Source of the DNA: Myxococcota bacterium
GTDB taxonomy: Bacteria; Myxococcota_A; UBA9160; UBA4427
NCBI GenBank assembly: GCA_046583095.1
Contig: JAYGDB010000116.1
Span: 373 to 64,372, forward strand
Length of the DNA: 64,000 nt
Direction: 5' to 3'
The notes under the pieces are model-generated. The model did no database searches, was not told the DNA's origin, and saw nothing but the letters and a program-made list of their open reading frames with translations. Made by a program: the position numbers and the translations under genes. Below are positions 1 to 9,300 of this stretch, piece after piece. Numbering within the stretch: the first letter of the stretch is position 1; each line of letters begins with the position of its first letter.

Positions 1-614
1 ACCGTCTGCTCAGCTACGTCGCCGTGGTCCAGGCGGGAGGCTTGGGACCGTGGCGCGACCTGACGGCGCGGCAGGCGAAGCTCGGGGTCGCGCGGAGTTG
101 GCTGGCAGGTCGGCTCAGTGCGGGCTTCGGGAGTGAGGCCGAGGAGCGCTTCGCGATGGATGTCTTTGCATACTTCGACCTCCGGTTCACCGATCGCAGC
201 GGGCGACCGCGACTGACGCACGAAGGCATCCAGCACCGATTCGGCCCGGCGCTCCACGGTGTTGGCCCCAACGTCCCGCCTCTCGAACTTCTCGACGCAG
301 CGATCCGCAGCTTCCGGGAGCGCGGGATCGAGGTTCTCGTCTACACGAGTCCTCTAAACGTCGAGCACATCGAAGCCGTTGGATCCGACAATCCGACCGG
401 CCTCGCCCGAACCCTGACCTCGATCGAATCCGTGTCGCTTCGCGCGGGCGGCCGCTTCATCGATCTCCACGACCTGCTGCCGGATGCCGGATTTCGCGAC
501 GTCGCCGGTCACCTGAGCACCACCAACACAATCGACGGCCCGAAACAGCTCGCCAGTCGGATCGCACCGATCGTCGTCGAGACTGCGCGACGCGCTCGAG
601 AGAGTCGCGACTGA
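1..614 (+). CDS. C-terminal part of a protein coupled to the downstream MBOAT gene. Possibly an SGNH/DltD/AlgX-type O-acylation accessory protein. The 5' end lies outside the window.
   Basis: The frame is open from the window edge to the TGA at 612-614. There is a TGATG overlap with the next gene. Its position upstream of an MBOAT fits an accessory role. No strong catalytic motif was recognised, so the function is inferred from context. Confidence 0.45.
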   Translation, partial: RLLSYVAVVQAGGLGPWRDLTARQAKLGVARSWLAGRLSAGFGSEAEERFAMDVFAYFDLRFTDRSGRPRLTHEGIQHRFGPALHGVGPNVPPLELLDAAIRSFRERGIEVLVYTSPLNVEHIEAVGSDNPTGLARTLTSIESVSLRAGGRFIDLHDLLPDAGFRDVAGHLSTTNTIDGPKQLASRIAPIVVETARRARESRD

Positions 615-2017
615 TGCCCTTCAACAGCATCCAGTTCGCCCTCTTCTTCGCCGTCGTGTGGCTGCTGCACCGGTCCCTCCCGGCCGGCGCGCGCAACGGC
701 TTCCTGCTGACCGCAAGCCTCGTCTTCTACGGGCTGTGGGTCCCCGCCTACCTGCTGCTCCTGCTGGGAGACATCCTCGTCAACTACGCGCTCCTTCGCG
801 TAATGGTTCGAAGTACGCGTCCGCGAATCGCCCTGGTCACGTCGGTCGTCGTCACCCTCGGCCTGCTCGCGGGCTTCAAGTACGCGGCGCTGGCGATCGA
901 GGCATTCGCGCCCGTCTTGCGCGCTGGCTTCGGCTTCGATCCACCCATCCCGGAGATCTTTCTCCCACTCGGAATCTCGTTCTTCAGCTTTCAGATCCTG
1001 GGACTCGCAATCGACACCTATCGCCGGGAGATCGACGCCCCCGAGAGCCTCAGCCGCTACGCGCTCTTCGTTTCGTTCTTTCCGCAGCTGATCGCGGGAC
1101 CGATCCTACGAGGCAGACAACTTCTGCCGCAGCTCGCGCGGGGCGCGGCACGTTCGGCAGCGCGCAGCCAGCGCGGGCTCTGGCTGATCGCGTCCGGACT
1201 CGCGAAGAAGGTGATCCTCGCCGACTTCCTGCTCGGCGATTTCGTCGATGGGGTCTTCCAAGCCCCGGGTGTGGGAAGCGCAGCGTTCCACTGGGTCGCA
1301 GCCTGGAGCTTCGCGTTCCAGATCTACTTCGACTTCTCGGGCTATACGGACATCGCGCGCGGGTTGGCACTGCTACTGGGCTTCGAACTGCCTGCCAACT
1401 TTCTCGAGCCGTACCTGTCGCGCGATCCTTCGGAGTTCTGGCGACGCTGGCACATCACGCTGTCCCGCTGGCTACGCGACTACCTCTACATCCCGCTGGG
1501 CGGCAACCGGACCGGGCAATCCCGGACGCTCGTGAACCTGATGCTCACGATGTTGCTGGGCGGCCTGTGGCACGGAGCCGCCTGGAACTTCGTCATCTGG
1601 GGTGGAGTTCACGGCGTCCTGCTCGTACTTCACCGGCAATTCGGAGGCCCGCGACAGCCGGAGAGGGAAACCGACTGGCGCGACGCACCGCACGTCTTCC
1701 TGACCTTCAACCTCATCTGCATAGCCTGGGTGTTCTTCCGGGCGCCCAGTTTCGAAGAGGCCATCCACTTCATCGCGGGGATGCTCGGCTCTGGGCCCGG
1801 GACCGGCTGGCCCGTACTGCCGACGCTGGTGGTGTTGTGTTGCGCGGGGATCCATGTCCTCGAGCGCTGGCTGCGACTGCATGGCGCTTCCCTTCGCGCC
1901 GCACTGAACCGCCGCTGGTGGGGGCCGCTCCTCCAGGCAGCGGGCCTGGGTGGACTGACCGGCCTCGCGATCGCCGCTGCCGGTGCCGGCGATCAGTTCA
2001 TCTACTTTCAGTTCTGA
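614..2017 (+). CDS. MBOAT-family membrane O-acyltransferase (AlgI/DltB-like)
   Basis: 467 aa and polytopic. It has the N-terminal 'FNSIQFALFF' and the conserved His region 'FWRRWHITLSRWLRDYLYIPLGGNR' typical of AlgI/DltB MBOATs. Confidence 0.9.
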   Translation: MPFNSIQFALFFAVVWLLHRSLPAGARNGFLLTASLVFYGLWVPAYLLLLLGDILVNYALLRVMVRSTRPRIALVTSVVVTLGLLAGFKYAALAIEAFAPVLRAGFGFDPPIPEIFLPLGISFFSFQILGLAIDTYRREIDAPESLSRYALFVSFFPQLIAGPILRGRQLLPQLARGAARSAARSQRGLWLIASGLAKKVILADFLLGDFVDGVFQAPGVGSAAFHWVAAWSFAFQIYFDFSGYTDIARGLALLLGFELPANFLEPYLSRDPSEFWRRWHITLSRWLRDYLYIPLGGNRTGQSRTLVNLMLTMLLGGLWHGAAWNFVIWGGVHGVLLVLHRQFGGPRQPERETDWRDAPHVFLTFNLICIAWVFFRAPSFEEAIHFIAGMLGSGPGTGWPVLPTLVVLCCAGIHVLERWLRLHGASLRAALNRRWWGPLLQAAGLGGLTGLAIAAAGAGDQFIYFQF

Positions 2018-2067
2018 CCCGCGAAGCGACCCGGCGCCGCTCCCAGGCGTGGCTCGGCTCGTTGCCG

Positions 2068-2667
2068 TCAGCCTTCCGGTGCGAGACTCTGGTGGATGGC
2101 CCGCCAGAGGTCGTCGATCCCCTGCCGGGTCTGTGCGGACGTCGCGACGAGCTTCGTGCCCTTGCGCTCGAGCTGAAGGGCGAGCTCCTTCAGGCGCTTG
2201 GCCCGGCGCATGGGCTTCAGCTTGTCGACCTTCGTGACCACCACCTGCCAGGCGACCTCTCGCTCGTCGAGCCAATCGAGCAGCAGGGTCTCGTCCTCGG
2301 AGAAATCGCGGCGCAGATCCTGAAGCAGAATCGCCAGGCACAGGGGCGGGCGATCGTCGAGGTAACCCTCGACGAGCTTCCCCCAGCTCTCGCGCTCCGT
2401 CCTGGAGACCTTCGCCCAGCCGTAACCGGGCAGATCGACGAGCGCGAGTTCCTGGCCGCCGGCGCTCACGTCAAAGAAGTGGATGAGGCGGGTCTTGCCG
2501 GGTGTCGAGCTGGTGCGGGCGAGCTGCTTGCGTCCCACCAGAGCGTTCAAGATGCTCGACTTCCCGACGTTCGAGCGGCCCAAGAAGGCGACCTCGGGCA
2601 GGCCGCCGGTCGGAAACTGGCGGGCGCTTCCCGCTGACTGCAGTAGCTCTGCGCGATGGATCTTCAT
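2068..2667 (-). CDS. engB: Ribosome-biogenesis GTPase EngB/YihA
   Basis: 199 aa. G1 motif 'GRSNVGKSSILNAL', 'DLPGYG' (G3) and 'TKVDK' (G4). Confidence 0.92.
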   Translation of the reverse strand: MKIHRAELLQSAGSARQFPTGGLPEVAFLGRSNVGKSSILNALVGRKQLARTSSTPGKTRLIHFFDVSAGGQELALVDLPGYGWAKVSRTERESWGKLVEGYLDDRPPLCLAILLQDLRRDFSEDETLLLDWLDEREVAWQVVVTKVDKLKPMRRAKRLKELALQLERKGTKLVATSAQTRQGIDDLWRAIHQSLAPEG

Positions 2668-2882
2668 CGGCCGAGTTCCACTCGCTCCAGCAGGAGGAAG
2701 GGCTCGAGGCTTGCCGGGTCTCGGAAGGTCACGCGCCCGGGATACCCGGTCACGCCGCCCGCAACAAGGTGTAGCGCTGCAAGTAGTTGTTTAAACATCA
2801 CTTTCTGGCGCTCTCGGTTTGACGCTCGGAGGCCCTGCGGCTACCTTCCCCGTTCTCCCAGCCCGCCCTCCGAAGGCGACCC

Positions 2883-3380
2883 ATGTCGCAAGAGTCGCAA
2901 GAGTCGCAAGCCGAAAATCCCCGACCCACCGGGCTTTCGAAGGGCGCTCAGATCGCCATCGGCGCCCTCGTCGTGGCCGGGCTGCTGGGCTGGTACGGCT
3001 ACACCAACCTGGGCGGCGAGAGCTTCACCTACTACCAGACCCTCGCAGAGTTCAAGGCGGCCGGCGCCCCGTCTCCCGACCAGGGCCTGCGCGTCCACGG
3101 CTACGTGTCGACCGCTTCGATCGAACGCAACATCAACGAGAAGCAGGTGCGGTTCGTCGTGCAGAACGATCCGCCTCACGCGGCCGCGGCGGCCAGCGAC
3201 ACACGGCTGATGGTCGTCTACCGCAGCCTCGAAACCCCGGACCTCTTCAAGGACGGGGCCGAGGTGGTGGTGGAAGGACGTCTCCAGGGTCGCGGGGCGG
3301 ATGCCGTCTTCGTCGCGGACAACGTGATGGCGAAGTGCCCGTCGAAGTTCCAGGCGCAAGCCGAAGCCCAGCCGCTCTGA
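2883..3380 (+). CDS. ccmE: Cytochrome c maturation heme chaperone CcmE, Cys-type variant (CPSKF in place of HDENY)
   Basis: 165 aa with an N-terminal TM anchor and an OB-fold-like body ('LRVHGYV...VRFVV...DLFKDGAEVVVEGRL'). The C-terminal 'VMAKCPSKF' aligns to the E. coli 'VLAKHDENY'. It sits directly upstream of ccmF. Confidence 0.88.
   Translation: MSQESQESQAENPRPTGLSKGAQIAIGALVVAGLLGWYGYTNLGGESFTYYQTLAEFKAAGAPSPDQGLRVHGYVSTASIERNINEKQVRFVVQNDPPHAAAAASDTRLMVVYRSLETPDLFKDGAEVVVEGRLQGRGADAVFVADNVMAKCPSKFQAQAEAQPL
2886..2912 (+). repeat. 9-bp tandem repeat x3 (TCGCAAGAG, TCGCAAGAG, TCGCAAGCC) encoding (SQE)2-SQA at the CcmE N-terminus
   Basis: Read directly from the sequence at 2886-2912. 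Confidence 0.9.
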
Positions 3381-3430
3381 ACGTTCGAGAGTCGTCGATC
3401 CGCCCACCACCTCGCAACCCGGAGACGCCC

Positions 3431-5389
3431 GTGTCGGACATCGGCCTCTACTCACTCCGCTTCGCCCTCGCGATCGCGACCTTTGGCATCGCCGCCGGTG
3501 TCGCCGCAGGCCTGCGGAAGCGGGCGGACTGGACGCAGGTGGCCGAGCGGTGCCTGCTGGCCGTGTTCGCGTTCATCTCGATCTCGATGCTCTCCCTCTT
3601 CTACGCCCTGGCAACCAACGACTTCTCACTCGCCTACGTAACCCAGCACTCCGCGCGGTCGATGACCCTGGCGTATCGCCTGGCGGCGCTATGGGGCGGC
3701 CAGTCCGGATCGCTTCTGCTGTGGGTCTTCATGCTCGGAGCCTTCGGCGCCGCCACGGTCGCGGCGAACCGGCACCAGAATCGCAGCCTGATGCCCTGGG
3801 TGGTGGCGGTGCTGTTGGCGAACGCCTGCTTCTTCCTCGTGCTGCTGAACTTCGTGACGATTCCGTTCGAACGGCTGCCCCATGGCCGCATCCTGTCGGA
3901 CGGCAACGGGCTCAACCCGTTGCTGCAGCACCCGCTGATGACCATCCACCCGTTGGTGCTCTACACGGGCTTCGTCGGTTTCGTGGTTCCTTTTGCCTTC
4001 GCCTTTGCGGCACTCATCACCGGCGAGCTCGGCACGACCTGGTTCCGCAGCACCCGCCGCTGGACATTGGTGGCCTGGGCGTTCCTGGGATTGGGCCTGA
4101 TCCTCGGCGGGCGCTGGGCCTACGAGGTGCTCGGCTGGGGAGGCTACTGGGGCTGGGATCCTGTCGAGAATGCGGCCTTCATGCCCTGGCTCGCGGCCAC
4201 CGCCTACCTGCACTCGGTAATGATCCAGGAAAAGCGAGACATGCTGAAGATCTGGAACCTGGCGCTGATCGGCCTCACCTACTCGCTGTGCCTCTTCGGC
4301 ACCTTCCTCACCCGCAGCGGCGTGGTGCAGTCCGTGCATTCGTTCACGAATTCGGGCTGGTTCGGCTTCATCTTCCTCGCCTACGTATGCGTCATCGCCA
4401 GCGGGTTCTTGATGGCCCTCTTCTTCCGCTGGAAGGAACTCCGCAGCCCGCGCAGGCTCGAGTCGATGGTCTCACGCGAGGCCGGCTTCCTGCTGAACAA
4501 CTGGGCGTTCATGGCACTCCTGGTCGTGGTCTTCTGGGGAACGATGCTGCCCGTCTTCTCCGAATCGTTCTCCGGAGAGCGTACGACCGTCGGGCCGAAG
4601 TTCTTCAACACGATGACCGGACCCATCGCGCTGGTCGTGCTCTTCCTGACCGGTGTCGCTCCGCTGATCGCCTGGCGCCGCGCCACGGTCGCGAGCATTC
4701 GAAAGCAGTTCGTGATTCCCGGCAGCATCGGTGCCTCGGTGGGCATCGTGTTCGGCGTGATCTTCTGGGGCAAGATCGGCGTCTGGTCCCTCAGTTGCTG
4801 GGCGCTCGGGGCATTCGTGACGGCAACAGTCGTACAGGAGTACTGGCAGGCCATGAGTGCCCGCATGCGGCTCCACGGCGAATCGGTCCTGGTTTCACTC
4901 TCGACACTTCTGACCAAGAACCAACGCCGTTACGGCGGCTACATCGTGCACGTCGGGATCGTCCTGATGATGATCGGCTTCTCGGGAGCATTCTTCAACG
5001 AAGAAGTCCTCGAGAACATGGCACCGGGCGACTCGGTGAAGCTCGCCGCGTACGACTTCAAATACCTCACCGCCGAAGCGATTCCCGCGCAGCACTACGG
5101 CGGTGCCAAGGCGCGAGTGGCCCTCTACGAGCATGGGCAGCCCATCTCGATGCTGACACCCGAGAAACGGATGTACTGGCTCGAAGAGCAGCCGACCTCG
5201 ATCCCGGCAATTCACTCGACCCTGTCGGAAGATCTCTACGTGATCCTGACGGCACTCGAGGAAGACGGCTCTGCGACCCTCAAGATCTACCGGAATCCGC
5301 TCGTCAATTGGATCTGGCTGGGTGGACTCGTCCTCATCGTCGGAAACTTCGTGATCCTGTGGCCTCATCCGACCGGGCGCCGGGCATGA
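3431..5389 (+). CDS. ccmF: Cytochrome c-type biogenesis heme lyase subunit CcmF
   Basis: GTG start at 3431 with SD GGAGA at 3421-3425, just after the ccmE stop. About 652 aa and polytopic. WWD motif 'YWGWDPVENAAFMPWL'. The longer ORF in the track (from 2819) overlaps ccmE and is not credible upstream of 3431. Confidence 0.93.
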   Translation: MSDIGLYSLRFALAIATFGIAAGVAAGLRKRADWTQVAERCLLAVFAFISISMLSLFYALATNDFSLAYVTQHSARSMTLAYRLAALWGGQSGSLLLWVFMLGAFGAATVAANRHQNRSLMPWVVAVLLANACFFLVLLNFVTIPFERLPHGRILSDGNGLNPLLQHPLMTIHPLVLYTGFVGFVVPFAFAFAALITGELGTTWFRSTRRWTLVAWAFLGLGLILGGRWAYEVLGWGGYWGWDPVENAAFMPWLAATAYLHSVMIQEKRDMLKIWNLALIGLTYSLCLFGTFLTRSGVVQSVHSFTNSGWFGFIFLAYVCVIASGFLMALFFRWKELRSPRRLESMVSREAGFLLNNWAFMALLVVVFWGTMLPVFSESFSGERTTVGPKFFNTMTGPIALVVLFLTGVAPLIAWRRATVASIRKQFVIPGSIGASVGIVFGVIFWGKIGVWSLSCWALGAFVTATVVQEYWQAMSARMRLHGESVLVSLSTLLTKNQRRYGGYIVHVGIVLMMIGFSGAFFNEEVLENMAPGDSVKLAAYDFKYLTAEAIPAQHYGGAKARVALYEHGQPISMLTPEKRMYWLEEQPTSIPAIHSTLSEDLYVILTALEEDGSATLKIYRNPLVNWIWLGGLVLIVGNFVILWPHPTGRRA

Positions 5390-7170
5390 AGCGACACGCC
5401 GCGGCCGAGGTGTGCGCAATCCTGTGCATCTGGCTGATCGCCGGCGCGAGCGCGGCGTGGGGACAGGCGGCACCCCATCCCAGCGTGCCCACGGGCGGAG
5501 CTTCTTCGCTTCCGCCCGGCGACGGCACGATCCGCGGCGTGGTGACAGATGCGGACCACCCGGGCGCAACCGGCGGGCTGACGGTCGCCCTCTACGCCCT
5601 CCAGCCTGACGGCACCCCGGGAATCGGCAGCGCGGAGACCGCACCCGACGGCAGCTTCGTATTTCCCGGGGTCTCGAATGATTCGGCCATCGTCTATCTC
5701 GTCGGCATCCGCTACCAGCTCGTCCCCCACGGCGAGCGCACCGCATTCGCCGTGGGACAGCGCGAGATCGACATCGCGCTCCCGGTGACGCGACCCACCA
5801 CGGACACCTCCGCGATCACGATCATCGAGACGACCCTGCAGATCGAGGCGCAAGGAACGCGGATCGCCGTCCTCGAGACCCACAAGCTCGAAAACGCCGG
5901 CCCTCGACCCGTCTACGTGGCCGACGGCGAACGCGCGAACCACACGCCACCCTTCCGGGCGAAGCTCCCTCGCGGCGCGGTGAACTTCCAGGCGGGGGGC
6001 TTCAACTCGAGCGAGGGCTTGGAGAACGCCGCCGGCGAGCTCTCCTACTGGGGTCCGATCTACAGCGGCGAGCAGGAGTTACGCTACGGCTACGAGTTGC
6101 CCGTCGAACCGAGCGGATCGATCGTCGCGTTCGAGAAGCGCTTCCCGCTCGGCAGCGGTCGTATTCGCGTCCTGGCTCCCGAGCACGGCCCGCGCGTCGA
6201 GTCGCCCGACCTCGTCGCGGGCGACCCAGTCGAGATCGAGGGCACCCGGCTCACCCTGCTCCAGAGCAGCGCACTCGATCCGGGCGCGTCCCTGCAGCTG
6301 ACCGTCCACCTGCCAGAGATGACCTCGAACCTCAGCGCGCTGGGCCTGGGGCGCGCAGATCTCTCGATCGAACTCGACGACACCTTCCTCGAGGTCACGC
6401 AGAAGCAGAAGCTCAGCGTCGCGCCCGGCGCCCACCTCGGCAGCACGCATGGCGAGCCGCTGCTGCGCTTCGAGGTTCCGCTGGCTGCAGAGTGGGTCGG
6501 CATCTCGGCGGGCGCCGAGCAACTGGGTATCCGAGCGATCGACTCCCCCGGCGCTTCTCCACCCGAGAAGGGGGTCTCGCTGTTCGGTCCGCTCGGTCCG
6601 GGCGAGCACGAATTCGCGTTCCGCTACCGGATCCCCGTCGAGCACGGCGCCGCCACCCTCGACCTGCGCTTCCCGATGACGGTCCCCACCCTCTTCATTC
6701 GCACGGCCGACACCGGTCTCCTGATCGAGAGCGACCGGCTCCACCGGCTGCGTCCCCAGCCGATCGGCACCCGCACCTGGATGTTGCGCGAGGCGTTCCA
6801 CATCGAGCCCGACGAGCGGCTCTCGATCCGCTTCGAGGCGCTCGACCAGAAGGGGCCGTCGCAGTTCGGCGGGCTCGCGTTCCTGGTCGGGGCGAGCGCC
6901 TTCGTCCTGCTCTTCGTCCCGAGCCCCTTGCGCACGACCGGCAGCCAGACCCACTCCGTGCAGGACGAACGTTCCGGCCCCGCCCGCGAGCGTGACCTCG
7001 TGTATGCGACGATCCGCGATCTCGAGCACGACTTCGAGACCGGTAAGGTCAGCGAGCAAGATTACGAGCGAAGCCTCGCCGAGCTTGAGGCTCGGGCCAT
7101 CGAGTTCATGCGCGAGGAGAAGCAGACCCCCCCGCAGGATCCCAGCATCGAGTCAGAGCCCGACTCGTGA
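5386..7170 (+). CDS. Ccm-operon-embedded exported protein: signal peptide, CarboxypepD_reg-like beta domain, large beta-rich region, C-terminal TM anchor and a CcmI-loop-like cytoplasmic tail
   Basis: ATG at 5386 overlaps the ccmF stop (ATGA). Its own stop overlaps the ccmA GTG (GTGA at 7167-7170). Signal-like 'AILCIWLIAGASAAWGQA'. 'GTIRGVVTDADHPGATGGLTVALYALQPDGT...APDGSFVFPGV'. TM 'FGGLAFLVGASAFVLLFV'. Tail 'IRDLEHDFETGKVSEQDYERSLAELEARA'. Confidence 0.7.
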   Translation: MKRHAAAEVCAILCIWLIAGASAAWGQAAPHPSVPTGGASSLPPGDGTIRGVVTDADHPGATGGLTVALYALQPDGTPGIGSAETAPDGSFVFPGVSNDSAIVYLVGIRYQLVPHGERTAFAVGQREIDIALPVTRPTTDTSAITIIETTLQIEAQGTRIAVLETHKLENAGPRPVYVADGERANHTPPFRAKLPRGAVNFQAGGFNSSEGLENAAGELSYWGPIYSGEQELRYGYELPVEPSGSIVAFEKRFPLGSGRIRVLAPEHGPRVESPDLVAGDPVEIEGTRLTLLQSSALDPGASLQLTVHLPEMTSNLSALGLGRADLSIELDDTFLEVTQKQKLSVAPGAHLGSTHGEPLLRFEVPLAAEWVGISAGAEQLGIRAIDSPGASPPEKGVSLFGPLGPGEHEFAFRYRIPVEHGAATLDLRFPMTVPTLFIRTADTGLLIESDRLHRLRPQPIGTRTWMLREAFHIEPDERLSIRFEALDQKGPSQFGGLAFLVGASAFVLLFVPSPLRTTGSQTHSVQDERSGPARERDLVYATIRDLEHDFETGKVSEQDYERSLAELEARAIEFMREEKQTPPQDPSIESEPDS

Positions 7171-7895
7171 GCCAGATCGAGATCTCCGCTCGCTCGGTCG
7201 AGAAGCGCTTCGGCCCGGTCGCGGCGCTGCGCGGAGTCGACCTCGACGTCGAAGGCGGCCAGGCCGTAGCCGTGCTCGGCCCGAACGGGGCCGGGAAGTC
7301 CACGCTGCTTCGCATCCTCGCCGGACTCGCTCGGCCGACGGCCGGCAGCGTCTCGATCCGGCGCGGAGGCCGCGCTCCCGATGGACGCGGACGCGCGCGC
7401 GCTTGGGTGGGGTTCGCGGGTCACGCCACGCTCCTGTATCCCGAGCTGACCGCGCGAGAAAATCTCGTCTTTCACGGCCGCCTGCAGGGGGTCGTGGACC
7501 CGGCCCTGCGAGCCGATCAACTACTCGACGAAGAAGGCCTCACCCCAGTCGCCGACCGGCGGGTCCGAACCTTCTCCCGCGGCATGGCGCAACGGCTCTC
7601 GATCGCTCGGGCCCTGGTCCAGGACCCCCCGCTGCTGCTCCTCGACGAGCCGTTTACCGGACTCGATCGGCGGGCAGGCGATCGCTTGTCCGAGCGACTC
7701 CAGCGGCTCCGAGGTGAGGGGCGGGCAATCCTGCTCGTCACCCACGACCTGTTGCGCGCAAGCGAGATCGCGGACGCCGCGCTGATCCTGGTGTCCGGAC
7801 AAATCCGCAAGCGCGCGGAGGGCAGCACCCTCGAACGAGTCGCGCTGGAGGCTACCTACGCCGAGGTGCTCGAGTCCGAGGTGTCGGCCGGATGA
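7167..7895 (+). CDS. ccmA: Heme exporter ABC ATPase CcmA
   Basis: Walker A 'GPNGAGKST', signature-like 'FSRGMAQRLSIA' and Walker B 'LLLLDEP'. Sits directly upstream of ccmB/ccmC. Confidence 0.9.
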   Translation: MSQIEISARSVEKRFGPVAALRGVDLDVEGGQAVAVLGPNGAGKSTLLRILAGLARPTAGSVSIRRGGRAPDGRGRARAWVGFAGHATLLYPELTARENLVFHGRLQGVVDPALRADQLLDEEGLTPVADRRVRTFSRGMAQRLSIARALVQDPPLLLLDEPFTGLDRRAGDRLSERLQRLRGEGRAILLVTHDLLRASEIADAALILVSGQIRKRAEGSTLERVALEATYAEVLESEVSAG

Positions 7896-8557
7896 GGATC
7901 CTGGCGGCAATTCTGTGGAAAGACCTCGTCACCGAGTGGCGATCCCGTGACCGCGTGGTCGCGATGCTCGTCTTCTCGCTGCTCGTCGTGATGGTCTTCC
8001 ACTTCGCCCTGCCCCAGGGAACCGGCAAGCAGATCGCCACCCACGCGCCGGGCCTGCTGTGGGTGGCCTTCGTCTTCGCAGCCCTGATCGGGCTGAACCG
8101 CGCGTTCGCGATGGAACTCGAAAATGACGCGTTGGCAGGCCTGGCCCTGGCGCCCCTCGACCGCGGCTGGGTCTTCCTGGGCAAGGCCATCTCGAACGTG
8201 TTGCTGATCGGAATCACCCAGGTGCTCACCGCGGCGGCCTTCTCGTTCGTCTTCGACCTGGACCTGTTGTCGTCGGCCGGGTCACTCGGCCTCGTCTTCC
8301 TCCTGGGCACTCTCGGAATCTCGTCCGTCGGGACGCTCTTCGCCGCAATGGCGGCGCGCACCCGGTTCCGAGAGGTGCTGTTGCCGATCCTGCTGCTCCC
8401 GGCGCTGTTCCCGGTGCTCGCGGGCGCCGTCGAGGGCACGATGGAGGCAATCCGCGACGGCACCACATCCTTCGCGTCGATCCAGCTCCTCTTGGTGGTG
8501 GATGGCATCTACTGGATCATCTGCTTCATCGGCTTCGAATTCGTTCTCGATGAGTGA
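7892..8557 (+). CDS. ccmB: Heme exporter membrane protein CcmB
   Basis: 221 aa with about 6 hydrophobic helices. ATGA overlap with ccmA. Positioned between ccmA and ccmC. Confidence 0.85.
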   Translation: MRILAAILWKDLVTEWRSRDRVVAMLVFSLLVVMVFHFALPQGTGKQIATHAPGLLWVAFVFAALIGLNRAFAMELENDALAGLALAPLDRGWVFLGKAISNVLLIGITQVLTAAAFSFVFDLDLLSSAGSLGLVFLLGTLGISSVGTLFAAMAARTRFREVLLPILLLPALFPVLAGAVEGTMEAIRDGTTSFASIQLLLVVDGIYWIICFIGFEFVLDE

Positions 8558-8568
8558 GGGCTTCGTTC

Positions 8569-9300
8569 ATGACCACTGACACGAACGGGGTTGGGTTCGG
8601 TTCGGTCGCCTCTCGGATACGGACGGCCTCGGGCGCCACCCTCGGCGTGCTCCTGATCGCCTACCTGTACACGGTGGTGACCGCGCCGATCGACGCAACC
8701 CAGGGCGTGATCCAGAAAATCCTGTACGTGCACGTGCCGCTCGCATACGGCGCCTATCTCGGCTTCGTCGTGACAGCCGTCAGTGGTGCCCTGTATCTCT
8801 GGAAGGCCGACGAGAAGTGGGACCGGCTCGCCGTCGCCGGGGCCGAGGTGGGCGTCATCTTCTGCACACTGATGCTCGTCACGGGTCCGATCTGGGCACG
8901 GGGAACCTGGGGGAAGTGGTGGAGTTGGGACCCGCGGCTCACGGTGACCCTGCTCCTCTGGTTCGTCTATCTCGCGTACCTGCTGCTCCGGAACTTCAGC
9001 GACGGTGGCTCTCTCACCGCGCGCTTCGCGGGGGTGTACGGGCTAGTCGGGGCCGCACTGATCCCGCTGAACTACTTCGTGATCGAGATCTTCGGGGGGC
9101 GCGGCATGCACCCGGAAAACCTCGAGCGCGGCAGCCTCGGCGAGGGAATGGGGCTGCCCTTCCTGATCGGCAACCTCACCCTCTTCTTCGCGTTCGCATA
9201 CTTACTGCTGTTGCGTTGGGAGGTCGAGACACTTCGCGCCCGAAATCTCGCGGAGTCCGTCGATCCGATGGCCCGCGTGAGAGAGGAGATCGGGCCGTGA
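8569..9300 (+). CDS. ccmC: Heme exporter/heme-handling protein CcmC
   Basis: WWD motif 'WGKWWSWDPRLT'. The ATG at 8569 is preceded by GAGGG at 8556-8560. An alternative GTG at 8554 overlaps the ccmB stop. Confidence 0.9.
   Translation: MTTDTNGVGFGSVASRIRTASGATLGVLLIAYLYTVVTAPIDATQGVIQKILYVHVPLAYGAYLGFVVTAVSGALYLWKADEKWDRLAVAGAEVGVIFCTLMLVTGPIWARGTWGKWWSWDPRLTVTLLLWFVYLAYLLLRNFSDGGSLTARFAGVYGLVGAALIPLNYFVIEIFGGRGMHPENLERGSLGEGMGLPFLIGNLTLFFAFAYLLLLRWEVETLRARNLAESVDPMARVREEIGP

Noticed and set aside
658-2637. Very long alternative-frame and antisense ORFs throughout the track. Examples: 658-2637 (+), 3550-5385 portion (+), 15004-16020 (-), 19276-21231 (-), 21572-23161 (-), 23814-25517 (-), 25127-26917 (+), 33073-34617 (-), 54658-56091 (-) and 59698-61872 (-).
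   Set aside because: They are Arg/Pro/Gly/Ala-rich and low in complexity, carry no motifs, and each overlaps a gene with clear family signatures. Such shadow ORFs are expected in high-GC DNA because stop codons are rare.
2819-2847. Putative sigma70 promoter for the ccm operon (TTGACG-N17-TACCTT).
   Set aside because: The -10 hexamer matches only 3 of 6 positions, and nothing else supports it. Hexamers like this occur by chance.
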